NCBI RefSeq assembly: GCF_001194135.2
Contig: NC_068982.1
Coordinates: 34,771,407-34,821,673, forward strand
Direction of reading: 5' to 3'
Length of the DNA: 50,267 bases
Origin: Octopus bimaculoides
Lineage: Eukaryota
Numbering within the stretch: position 1 is the first letter of the stretch; each line of letters begins with the position of its first letter. A program made the translations under genes and the position numbers. Shown piece after piece: positions 25,102 through 36,735 of the stretch. The notes beneath the pieces were generated by a model that had not been told where the DNA came from, ran no database searches, and was given only the letters and a program-made list of their open reading frames with translations.

Positions 25102-25839
25102 GATTTAAATAATGAATATTTGAAGTGTTAACCGGTTTCACAGTTTACACTGATATTGAAAAAGTTCAAATAGAAAGACGTGGTTTATATCGCAGCTATC
25201 TTGCTTCTGACTAGTGTTTGAAGTTTGCTCTGTTTTTGTAGGGAGTTCATGGCTCAAATTAGTATATGCTTTGAATAGGATTTGATTGGTCGAGGATAGT
25301 CACATGGCTGGTCTTTGAAATTTTTGTAGGTTCCCCGCTACTTCGGTGTGTTAGTATCAAGTGACAATGTTTGGCGTCGTAAGTTAAGGCTGAATGTTTT
25401 CTGTCAAGTGTTTGTAAAGAATGAACACATGATTAACTTTATAACCTTTTGTACGTTTCCCGTTAGTCCGCGCGTTAGTGTCACGTGACAGTATATTTTG
25501 CGCCTAAAAAGTGAGCCGACACGGTTGAGTGAACATGTTTAGTTATAACCAAGATATACCAAATTTAATCTGGGAGAGTGGACAGGAGTCGTTTGTATGT
25601 AGTCTAATGGTCAAAATTTAGATTGTTAGCTGTGTAGCTTCCTCATGATAAGTGGCAGAATGAATTTTGTGTGTGAATGATTATTTGTGTATGTTGACTG
25701 TTAAAGTTTGTGAAGTCTTGGTTTGTACTTTTGTATGAAAGTATTTTCTTTGTTTATCCATACTTCATCTGTGGTATTCATTGCACATAGATAGAGTGAG
25801 AAGACCTGGAATTTGGGAGGCTTATTTTTTGCACATATG

Positions 25840-26345
25840 TCAATGTGACTACTCAGTGGGATCTGTCTCAGGGGTTTCGTATTTGTTGTTAGTGAATGGT
25901 CAGTCTATTTCTCAGAGTAAGCTTTGTTTGGTCTATGTAATCTTCATTACATCCTTGACATTTGACAGCGTACATTAAATTCCACAAAGAACATGTAAAG
26001 TGATTCTTTACGGCAAAAGTCTGTCTTGATTTGAATTTGTATGCTGCGTCTTCAATAAAGCTGAAGCCCGCAATTGGGGCGCCCACATTTTTTGATTGTT
26101 GATGTAGAAATTGTGGAAGGTAATTTAACACTTGTGAGGAATTTTCTGAGGGACTTTGAGTGTCTTTTATTTTTGATTCTTCTGTGTATTTCAAATGCTT
26201 GTTTCATTTTTGGGTCTTGTTTTAGTAGTGGATAATATGTAAACCTGTGTGTTTCTTGAGTTATGTGTTGTAATAAAGGGTAGTTTATTGGATGTATCTG
26301 GAGCGTTTTTCGTAGTTCTTCGATATTTATTACTTTGGCAAGATA
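25840..26345 (-). mobile_element. Penelope-like element C-terminal linker plus GIY-YIG endonuclease fragment
   Basis: KSLRKFLTSVKL..IKKCGRPNCG, then FKSRQTFAVKNHFTCSLWNLMYAVKCQGCNEDYIDQTKLTLRNRLTIH. This is the PLE CxxxxC linker followed by the GIY-YIG pattern (NxIY..C..C...YIGQT..L..R...H). Confidence 0.88.
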
Positions 26346-27006
26346 TATNNNNNNNNNNNNNNNNNNNNNNNNNNNNNNNNNNNNNNNNNNNNNNNNNNNN
26401 NNATAATATATATATATATATAATATATAATATATATACATATATACTATTATATGAGTATGCGTATATAAATGCACATCTATAAACACACAAACGCACA
26501 CATATATGCATTATTATATTCATATATGTTATGCATACATAAACAAATACATATATAAAGATGTACATACACACTTGTGAGTCTGTGTTGGTACAGGAAT
26601 GTTTACGCTGGTATATATTTGTATATACAGTAAAATATGTAATTTCAGAGCAATAGGGACGGAAAGTATGAAGGAGAAGACAAGACAGATAGAGAGATAG
26701 ATAAATAAACAGATAGATAGAAAGAGAAAGAGAGAGAGAGAGAGAGGGAGGAGAAAGACTGGAGAAAGATTCAGAAACGTGTATGGGAGATTGATGGCAG
26801 GGAAGAGAACTAGTAAAACGTAATGAAATATGGCTTAGATTCTGGTAAAAGCTATTGATTTGTCAAGTTATGACATCAGCCCCTTGTCAGTAACTCTGGC
26901 CAAGACTCTAGAGTTGCTGATATATTCACAAGTTTTCAAGCTTGCAATATAAATCCCTGAGGAGATATGGGAAAATTCCTCTGAATATATTTCAGATTTC
27001 TCATCG

Positions 27007-27048
27007 TATGTATGTATGTACGTGTATATGTATGTATGTATGTACGTG

Positions 27049-27079
<31 letters not shown>

Positions 27080-27569
27080 GTGTGTATTTATGTATTTATG
27101 CACGGATCTATGTACATATGTGTATGCATGTATGAATCTATATATGTATATATATTATGCATTCATGCCTGTATGTTTATATATGTATATGTATGGATGG
27201 ATGTATATAATTATATGTGTATATGTATATGTATATATATATATATATNNNNNNNNNNNNNNNNNNNNNNNNNNNNNNNNNNNNNNNNNNNNNNNNNNNN
27301 NNNNNNNNNNNNNNNNNNNNNNNNNNNNNNNNNNNNNNNNNNNNNNNNNNNNNNNNNNNNNNNNNNNNNNNNNNNNNNNNNNNNNNNNNNNNNNNNNNNN
27401 NNNNNNNNNNNNNNNNNNNNNNNNNNNNNNNNNNNNNNNNNNNNNNNNNNNNNNNNNNNNNNNNNNNNNNNNNNNNNNNNNNNNNNNNNNNNNNNNNNNN
27501 NNNNNNNNNNNNNNNNNNNNNNNNNNNNNNNNNNNNNNNNNNNNNNNNNNNNNNNNNNNNNNNNNNNNN

Positions 27570-27608
<39 letters not shown>
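27007..27608. repeat. (TATG)n/(TA)n, gap 27249-27569, (AG)n
   Basis: Directly visible. Confidence 0.97.
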
Positions 27609-27964
27609 GTGATAAAGGGAGAGAGAAGCAGACAGACAAAGTACAAAAGAAAATATGTTAATGGTTTCATATTTGTATTTCAGTATGCATTGACATGGGT
27701 GTATTTGTACAATCTCGAGGTCACGTGTCTGATTCCATATCATTTGTAATACCCAACCGTTGCGTATGTACGTATGCGTATACGTTTCAATTACTATGTT
27801 AGGATGACTAATTTTGAATCAGTTTATTCATTCGCTTTGTATCGAATTGGAATATGGAAATGAATGTCGTAGAGCAGAGAAGTCCTAAAACAAAATGGCG
27901 ACCAATAAAGTTGACTGTCCGTGGCAATCTTTTATGGCTTCAGCGAATTTCTTTCCCTTATCTG

Positions 27965-28385
27965 TATTTACTTTTATTGGTATCAGCCAGAGACTGTGGC
28001 CATGCTGGGGCACCACCTTTAGTGTAACTGGTTTTTTACTCTCACTTCCCGGTTCAATTTTTGGAACTGTTTCTGATGAAGTAACGAGTTTCATAGAGCT
28101 CTTCTTCTTTGAGTTTCATGCCTCGATAATAATTTGTGTGGTACGTCAGATAAAAACTTGTCCAAATGGTCTTTGGGCACATCCATATCCACATCTCGCA
28201 GATCTCTGAGGTTGTTTAGTAGATTATTGAAATTTTGTGGTCCCTTGTAACCTGAGTTATTACAATACTGCGTCCTTACTCGAGATGGAAAGAACGGGAT
28301 AATTGGTACTGTGCAGTGGTGTTCAGTTTGGTGGCAGGTATAGCCTTGGATCCTAAAGTTGGGTTGTAGAACTTTTGATAATCAT
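27965..28385 (-). mobile_element. CR1/L2-group LINE 3' end including stop codon and short 3' UTR
   Basis: GPQNFNNLLNNLRDLRDVDMDVPKDHLDKFLSDVP..NSLLHQ..QLH*, matching the GPxLFNxLP..KxxLDxFL C-terminal signature of CR1-group ORF2, followed by tail 'aggtggtgccccagcatggccacagtc'. Confidence 0.8.
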
Positions 28386-28438
28386 CTCTCTCTCCTCTCC
28401 CCTCTCTCTCTCTTTGTGTGTATATATATATAAACAAT

Positions 28439-28754
28439 TTAGCTAGTTAGAAAACCTATGGCTGTTCTGTAGGAACCGACGTTACTACCATTTCAACTCC
28501 AAGAGGACACTTCCTCCAGCTGGTTATTCGATGCAATTTGCACCCGATATATATTGCAGCCAGGGGAGCGAACCCCTATCGTCATCCAGCCACAAGACCA
28601 CCATTCCGTACGGTTTCGATCTCTTTGTACTCATCCTCAGTGGTGGATACTCGTCCGATAGAGATAGTAGTAGTTCATCCAGCTCGCAATAAATGGGAAA
28701 AAAACTGACACCCATTCACTGATCTTGCAACAAGCAAATTAGCTAGTTAGAAAA
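28439..28754 (-). mobile_element. 300-bp-period insert bounded by 16-bp direct repeats (retrozyme or PLE-pLTR-like)
   Basis: 'ttagctagttagaaaa' at 28439-28454 and 28739-28754. The interior is GC-richer than the flanks, hairpin-rich and holds a hammerhead-like core. Confidence 0.65.
28598..28646 (-). ncRNA. Minimal type I hammerhead ribozyme-like motif (probably inactivated, U16.1 to A)
   Basis: Minus strand: CCACCA-CUGAGGA-U-GAGUACAAAGAGAUC-GAAA-CCGUACGG-AA-UGGUGG. 6-bp stem I, core CUGANGA/GAAA, 2-bp stem II, palindromic stem III. The triplet reads GAA rather than GUA. Confidence 0.6.
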
Positions 28755-28804
28755 TTTCTATAAGAGATGAAAGCAGTAACTATACTGAGAGGTAATGGTT
28801 ATCG

Positions 28805-28806
<2 letters not shown>

Positions 28807-28890
<84 letters not shown>
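28807..28890. repeat. (AC)n microsatellite
   Basis: Directly visible. Confidence 0.97.
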
Positions 28891-28895
<5 letters not shown>

Positions 28896-29045
28896 GGAGT
28901 AGGGCTTCAATTCTTTTAGCTTCTCGCTACAGCTCATCTGACGCACCGAGTCAATCTCCTTTGTATAGTGGCGTTTGACTGTGTTGAGTTCCGTAGTTTG
29001 TTCGACGCTTTGCAGCGACCACAGTTCGGAGACTTCACAAGTTGG
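28890..29045 (-). mobile_element. CR1/L2-group LINE fragment upstream of 27965-28385 (probably the same insertion)
   Basis: SELWSLQSVEQTTELNTVKRHYTKEIDSVRQMSCSEKLKELKPYSL matches the SQLWSP..LExxQR..TK.I....Y.ERLxxLxLYSL motif. Same strand and correct order. Confidence 0.78.
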
Positions 29046-32000
29046 AATATGTATATATATATATATATGTATTATGTAGTAAATGACAATCCTGATGATG
29101 ATTATTATTAGAATGTGGATGATGATGACGAAGCTGATCAGTTTAGCTACACTAACACACACCATAATACACGTAGGTGTTGTGTGTTTCTTTGTGTTTG
29201 TGTGTATGTGCGTGTGTGTGTATGTGTGTGTGTGTGTGCACGCGCACACATACTTGTATATGTATGTGCACGTTAGTATATGTTTGTATTTGCGTGTGTG
29301 CAGTTGTTATTCGTTTTACACGCTACGTTTTGCATAGTATCACATTAGCACGGTTTTTGTTTTGGTCGATTTTGTTTGTTATATTTTCCTTTCTAACGTG
29401 AAGGTTGTTAGTCAGTTGCTACTTCGGAAAATTTGTCGAAATGTAGATGAAGGTGGCCTGTATGTTCCGAGAAGAGTTTACTCTCAGCGTGCATCTGTAG
29501 GTCAGGCAATGACAACTGGGAGAATGCACTTGCTTTCATAAAACACCATCACAAAGCAACAAGATTTGCTTTGTAGTTGATGTGTTATGAAGGCGAGAAA
29601 ATAATGCAGCTGAGTAATAGGAATGTGACGTTTGGTCCAGTATTCTTTAAATTTTGCTTCTATTTGGGAAACCTTAACGTGGTACTCCATCTGTTAGAAG
29701 TAGTGGCTAAATCTGCTTTAAATCACATCCTAACGTCTAAAACAAAAAGGAAAATTAGTTTATGTATTACTAGATACAATATGCCTGAGAAGAAAATGGA
29801 ATGGTTACATCAAAAATACTTTTGATGATAAGCCTACTCTTTCATGCTTGACTTGAGCTAAACAAACCAACAGTTAGTTCATAAACCCTTTCAGTCCATT
29901 GATTTCTTCACTCAGCATTTTTTCCACTAGTATTGGTTACTGTATTGTAACATTCTTCAGATAAATGGGTGACACATTTCAAAGAGATAACTATAAATCA
30001 GTTTTCTCTTTATGGATGTTTTTAATCAGGACACTCATCTTCCTTAAGAAGTACTGACGTCCTTGTGGAAGATGCTGACGCTCACTTCAGAAAACGCTAT
30101 ATTAAAAGAAGGCTCAAACATCTTAGTATGGAGAAAAACTCAATTTGGAATGTTAGGAAGTTCAATTTATTTTACTACAACTACTCGCCTCTCTCGAGTT
30201 GTATCATTTTTAACATTTTCAATAATACTATAACAGTAATGTTTGCTCTAAATACAATGTTCACTTTTCCCTCGATGTCATATTTCTTAATCCAATCCTT
30301 TTCCTTCTATCGAATTGCAGCACACTAGACATCTTTTCACTTCCAAACTAATCAAACGGAATACTTGCTGATTAAACGTCACGGCGTGATCTCTGTCTTC
30401 AGCTTTTAACAACCTGAAAAGTTTATGGGTATTGCTATTTTTCACAATGAGAACTTTAAAAGAAAATCGATAATTGCAAATTAATATTTGACTCACTCAA
30501 AGCCTTAGATTCAAAGCAGAAAATAGGAGGCTTGAGTTACCAAAAAACATCGGCAACTTATGCGAACAAAAACTTTCACAGGGTTCTAATGGTACGATTC
30601 AATCTTTTCTATTTGTTCTCCGTCACATCATGTTTACTTACAAAATATATTACTATTGGAAATTGTTTATACTTACAAGTTAGTCAAATACGAAGTGGTC
30701 CGGGGCATTTCTTCTGCCAGAATCTTCCTTAAACAAAACTTACAAAGCTTACGAAGCAAAGCTATTGATATAACGGATGTGAGCAACAACAAAAAATATT
30801 CGTTAAATTGAGAGAAATAGTCTGGATAATGATATAGGACGCTCACACTGTAAGCACTCTCCTCCCTTGTTTCAAATAGTTGTTTAAAACGCCTGCTTAA
30901 GGAGTTTGTTTATGTATGACGCATGCTTCTAAGTTTACAATATTTGTGTCACACAGAATAAACTTGGAGACTATTATTCAGAAAAGTCTAGAGTGAATGT
31001 AGATACTACAGTATGGTCGGGAAACCTCTTTCATCGTAGCTTTCTGTAGTGTGTAGCTACGTCGGTATACATTCTACGTTAAAATCCTGTGGGGATCGAC
31101 TTTATCTTCCTTTCCTTTGCAGACAGGGGTGGGCTCGATAAAATAAGTATGAGTCAAGAATTTTTATCGACCAAATCGACTGTTCCTTTCATCAAGATTT
31201 GTAGTTTAGATATTACTTGAAAACCATATAGTTGTAAGTGTTGTTGACATCATTTGCAGTCGGCATGAGAAGCAACAATGCTGGCACTTAAGCATTGAAC
31301 CATCGCCTTAATACAACGAGACAAAACAAGTTACTTTGTAACAACAGGAAACTGAATATTTACTATGCGGATAAGTCTATGTGGACATGTCTAAGATAGC
31401 ACGTTATAAATCAACAGAATTTCTTCACTTTCAATATCAACAACACATTGTTCTTGCTAAGTGATACTTTGTTTTTAAAAGCTATAAATTTGAACAGAGA
31501 AGATATTTTACGACCGAAAGCATCACTGTCTAGTGTAAATAAATACTGAATATAATGAAATGAAGTCGGCACAGATACAAGCAATCTCAATTGTGAAAAA
31601 TTATTTTTATGAAAATAGATGCTGACTCTATTAAAACTAATTTTGTTTCCCTTTGTTTGCACATCTTTGAGTATTTTCTATGTAAAGAATGTGAGTCGTT
31701 TATTTTATATATTTCAATTTTTTCTTCAGTTCAAAATTCTATTTCACTGACAGTTCTGTAATTAGTGTCTGTCTTATCAGTTTTCAGAAAATTGGACACA
31801 TGGAGAAGAATTCAAGTGTCTTTATTCTTGTTTCCAGCGTCAAATCGATTTTTAACTTCTTTTGGAGATAATAATTGAAAAGGCGGACGTTTTGTCTTTT
31901 CTTTTTCGGCGTTTATCTTTTATTGCACTGTCTTTAAAAAAAAGGAGTCTCAATAGATATTTCATAAAGTATTGATCTCACAAATAACAGACTTTGACTC

Positions 32001-32626
32001 TGTGTTCTAGAAGAATGACGCATAATTTTTAGACAAATGATTTTTACTTATCTCACCTTGCAAATTTCGTTGCTAAACCAGATTTAACTGATTCTGTCAC
32101 ATTATAAAAAGAAGTTGAGTGAGGTACATCATTCTGAAGATCAAAGTGTGTTACAGTACAGGAAGGAAAGAAATTTATGTTCACAAAGAAATATGTTTAT
32201 CCAAAAAGGTGAAGATTTTCTTCGTAGGATTTAATGTACATAAATATAGCTAAGCCATATGAAATGATATGAAACATTTCACATGCAGTATTTTTTCATA
32301 TGTTCGCACAGTCAAAAAAGAAAAAAAAAATTAAAACAAGCTTTGCATTTATTCAACGATGACAACTGGTGCTTCATTTCAAGAATGTGGTAGAAGAAAA
32401 TTCGGAATTCAAGTTTTAGACTTTGCTAATAAGACACATGAAATTGAGTTAATCTTATTTTCACACTGTCTTAATAATTTAATAATCAGTATTTCCAATA
32501 CTGAAGGGGAAAGTATGACTCCAAATGGATGAAATACAAACCACAATGCGATTTGAACTGCGAACGTAGATGAACAAAAATAAACCGCCCGTCTCTAAAT
32601 TTTACTACTCTAAATAATAAAAGTAT

Positions 32627-32812
32627 CTTACTTGGGTACAAATCCAATAAATTTTGTAGGAGAGTGATCGATACAATCGACCCAAGTACTTTTCCAAAAG
32701 GATGAAAGCAAAGTTAACTTGAGTGGCATTTGAAACAAGAAAATAAAGAATCGGAGCAAATATAGTAAACCGTTTTTAGCTTTGAGTTTCTAACGATTCT
32801 GCCAGCTGGCCA
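32627..32812 (-). mobile_element. SINE family B, old
   Basis: 'tcgacccaagtac...aaaaggatgaaagcaaagttaacttgagtggcatttgaa...ctaacgattctgccagctggcc'. Confidence 0.7.
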
Positions 32813-33199
32813 CCCCTCTCTAACTAGTAACAATTTTAATAGCACGTCATTGTTCATATCAATTGTGACAGAAATGTGGTTGGTTGATATCCACCAATCA
32901 CATTGTAATTATTCCAGTAAATTCATGTGTTAGAAAGCTCTTTCTGAACTTTGTGTCCTATTAAGATATTATTCTAATCTGAATGATTATTACATATTTT
33001 TAAGAGAGGAATCTCAGTAGATATCATTTTGATAAGGTTTTATAATCTTCATGTTCTATTCAATTAACATGGTTCAATTGAATTCATATTTCGTGACAGA
33101 AATGATCAAGGCAGTATTGGGACGATTTTTCTGCATTTCAGCATCCACAGGTTGGGTTCTACGTGGATATCTCGTAAACACCATCTTCGTATTTCATTC

Positions 33200-34007
33200 A
33201 TATTTTGACAGTGAAGATGTAAACTCTAGAGTAGCTACAAATTGCCAACAGCTAACTTACTCCGTTATTTTACTAACCGCCACTCACGATATAGCAATAG
33301 GGTGGTACTACAAATAGTCGAGTAAATCACCTCTAGTATTTGACTGGTACGTTCTGAGTTCAAATTCCGCCAAGGTCGACTTTGCTTTTCATCCTTCGAT
33401 AAAAGAAGTACCAGTTGAATACTGAGATTGATGTAATCGACTTACCCCGCTTCCCTGAAATTACCGAGCTTGTGCTAGAATTTTAAACCAACATGTGAAG
33501 TATTTGGTCAGACACTTTACCAATTTTGAAAGTCTGCTGCTCTTAAGCTCCATGCACATATTGAGGCTGATTCAGTTCAATATATTTTCATTCCTACAAG
33601 GAACGGTTATTCACTTAGGAAATACATGCCGTCATGTCCGTATTTTAATATATAGACTTATGACATTGTTTAAGGTCGCACATTTTGCTCGGTAATATTG
33701 AACTATCATAGGATTGATGCTTATATCATCGATTCTGGATTGATTAAAAACAAAATCGGCCCCAGCAGGATTTGTAATAAGAATCAGTATTTCATTGTTG
33801 GTTTCTTTTTGATCAAACTCAAAGAACCTTATCAATTTACCAGGGATAAAGGGGAAGTTGTCACCTCAATATTTTCCATAAAGGAAGTGAATATTCTGAC
33901 AATGAAGATGTAAACTCCACGGTAGGTACAAATTACCAACAGCTAACTTTCTCCATTATCTTAATAACCGCCACTCGCGATATAGCAATAGGTTAGTACT
34001 ACAAATA
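33200..34007. repeat. Local 117-bp direct duplication (33200-33316 and 33891-34007)
   Basis: Colinear with no indels; 14 mismatches by my count (about 88% identity). Confidence 0.9.
33349..33495 (+). mobile_element. SINE family B, 5'-truncated
   Basis: 'acgttctgagttcaaattccgccaaggtcgactttgcttttcatcc...aagtaccagttgaatactg'. Confidence 0.8.
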
Positions 34008-35097
34008 ATTGACTGAATATTTGAACATTTTTGGTTGCGAAGATCATCACGTTGCATTCTATATCGTTTTTCATTCATCATATATTTGAAATAACAAGGG
34101 AAGAAGTTTGGCAGAATTGGAACATCGCCAGACAAAATTACTTTGCAGTGTGTTTTACGTTTCTTTACATTCCGAGTTCAAACCCTATGGAGGTCAAATT
34201 TTTTCTGAAACAAATAAAGTATAAATCTAATATTGGAATCGATGCAGTTGACGTTATTTTACCCTCATCCTGAGCCTCAGTTACAAATCACGTTGCCAAG
34301 ACAAATTACAGCCGATTAAAATATCAAGTTTTATCTGGGACAATTGTGTTTATATATGTGAGTGTGTGTATTAATAAGTTTCTATACACACACATATTTA
34401 TATGTATGAACTATGTTTGTGTGTACAAATATCTGTGTGTGTGTAGGTTGGGTAGCACAAACAGTATTAACAGAACCCAAAACAGGAACAAAAAGAGAAT
34501 TTTAATCACCAGAAATTACAAAGTGACTGAATGGCCAAAACTTTTAATACTTGCTCGAACGTTTCCATATGGCACTGTAGAGAGTTCTAGGTCACAACAA
34601 AAGATACATGCTTGACTCTTATAAATAAATTTCAGGCTAGGATAAACCCAGGTTTCACTGATTTTCATAGAAAATGCTTTTCTGCCTCTGCATACTGGAA
34701 CTACCTTTGAATCAAGTTACTCGGGTATTCATTTGTTCTCTTTTAAAGTCTGTGGTCATCCATGATGGTCAAGAAGAATAGTTAGTACAGCATTATGATC
34801 CATGGTTAATATGCAGCAATAAACCTAATAGAAATTGATTGCTCTTGGATCACCAGTTCTTACTATGTATGCAGAGTTGCAACATTTGCAGCTGTCGAAA
34901 GTTGTTCGCGTCATAAAATTAAATTTTCCAATAAATCGCTTCCTTAGATTTCCTTGAAACTATTGATGATGTTGAGTCTGTGTAAATAAACTGAATGAGA
35001 ACTGCTTAGCATGCCTGCATTACATGGTAGTCAATAATTTAATAATTGCTAATGGTTGCAATTTATATTTGAAACATCGTGAATACCTAAAACATTT

Positions 35098-35215
35098 CGG
35101 CTCAGGCGTGACTGTGCAGTAAGAAGTTTGCTTCCCAGCCATGTGGTTCCGGGTTTAGTTCCGCCGCGTGACACATTGGGCAAGTGTCTTCTACTATAGC
35201 TTCGGGCTAGCCTAG
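35098..35215 (+). mobile_element. SINE family A head
   Basis: 'caggcgtgactgtgcagtaagaagtttgcttcccagccatgtggttccggg...ttgggcaagtgtcttctactatagc'. Confidence 0.8.
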
Positions 35216-35593
35216 TCTAGTGATGGAGATAAACCAAAACTATCAAAGAGACTGTAAATGCTAGGCTTCACTAATGATTTCACTTGCCAAAATTATGGTC
35301 ACAACATTGCAAAAACTATTTCGTAAAAGCTAACCTTTAACTTCAGCTCGCAATATGATGGTGTTGTTGCTGCTTATTAAAAAGTCTCTCGACTGATAGA
35401 CAGGCTTGAGGTCACACACATCTCAATTCATAAGCACACTGTATTTTCATTCTCCATTTTTTCCACTCTTACTCAAATAGCAGAGGCTGAGTGTGTACAC
35501 CTTACCTACATACACACAATAACTCTACATAGGTATGTATATAAGTGTGTGTTTGTGTATATACGCGTGTGCATGTATGTTAACATACGTATT

Positions 35594-35790
35594 AGGCGGC
35601 GAGATGTCAGGAAAAATAGCAGCTTTTCATCCGTTATTACGTTTTGACTTCAAATTCCGCCGAGGTCGAGTTTGCTTTTCATCCTTCCGGTATCGATAAA
35701 ATAAGTACCAGTTGAACACTGGGGTCAATGCAATCGACTTGCCCTCTCCTCCTAAACTGCTGGCCTTGTGTTGAAATTTGAAACCAATAT
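35594..35790 (+). mobile_element. SINE family B
   Basis: 'aggcggcgagatgtcag...ttcaaattccgccgaggtcgag...tggccttgtgttgaaatttgaaacc'. Confidence 0.82.
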
Positions 35791-35969
35791 TCAAACATAT
35801 ATATGCATGTTAAATAGCTGTATAATTCACTTTAGATTTATTTCAACATTTTCGTGAGACAAGTGTGACCTGGTCAGTGATATAGTTCCACTGTAAAATA
35901 GAATACTACCACGTCCAGGAAAAGTTTTATTTCTCGTGTATTTAATACAACGCATACCATTTTATACGG

Positions 35970-36114
35970 CAGGCATGGGCAATCTTTTTCGAGAAGCAGG
36001 CCGCATGAGACATGCCACATCATCAGGTGGCCCACCATACTAAAACAATTCAAGATAATTTTTCGTTGGTGTGCTATTCAGTAAGTTTCGCAGGCCACAG
36101 TTTCCCTATGACTG
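35970..36114. mobile_element. hAT (Charlie-like) MITE
   Basis: Termini 'caggcatgggcaa' and 'tttccctatgactg' with internal 'gcaggccgca' / 'gcaggccacag' subterminal motifs. The 8-bp TSD is degenerate. Confidence 0.6.
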
Positions 36115-36120
36115 TTCTAT

Positions 36121-36340
36121 AGTAGAGGTGCGTGGTTTAGTGATTAGGGTGTTGGATTCATGATCATAAGATTATGGTTTCGATTCCTGGACCGGGCGAC
36201 GCGTTGTGCTCTTGAGAAAAACATTTCATTTCACACCGCTCCAAAGTAACTCTGCGACGGACCGATGGGGAATTTATACGCCTTGGAAACCAGGAAACCG
36301 GTCCTTATGAGTCGGCAGACTGGAGAAGATAACTTTACTT
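36121..36340 (+). mobile_element. tRNA-headed SINE variant (C-like head, different tail)
   Basis: 'agaggtgcgtggtttagtgattagggtgttggattcatgatcataagattatggtttcgattcctggaccgggcg' followed by 'ctctgcgacggacc...ggaaaccaggaaaccgg'. Confidence 0.65.
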
Positions 36341-36735
36341 TTTAACTTTACGACTGTTCTATAGTCTCGAACTAACTCAACGTGTGTCGCTGAAATAGGA
36401 TGAAATTGCAATTCAGATGTGCAGCTATGTTGTATACTGTGTCATAGTGACTCTGCCTGAGAATTACGTCCAGGGTACACGTAACTGTGGAATGCTCATC
36501 TACTGAGTCCTCATTCTCAAACAGGGGAGATTCATCACTACCACTAACACGCACACACACTCACACATACAAAGACACATGCGCGCGTGCACACACATTT
36601 TTATAAATAAAACTTCGCTGTGCACTTCGTCAATATAACTGGGTTAATGGTGCAAAGCTCAAAGACATTTAACTCCAGACTGACGGCACCCCATTTAAAA
36701 TAAATGTTTATAACGCATAATGTATTTGAAAATCG

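Noticed and set aside
29415-29540. DEGGLYVP resembling the threonine synthase DGGLYVP motif
   Set aside because: Surrounding residues do not fit and the frame stops shortly after; short chance match.
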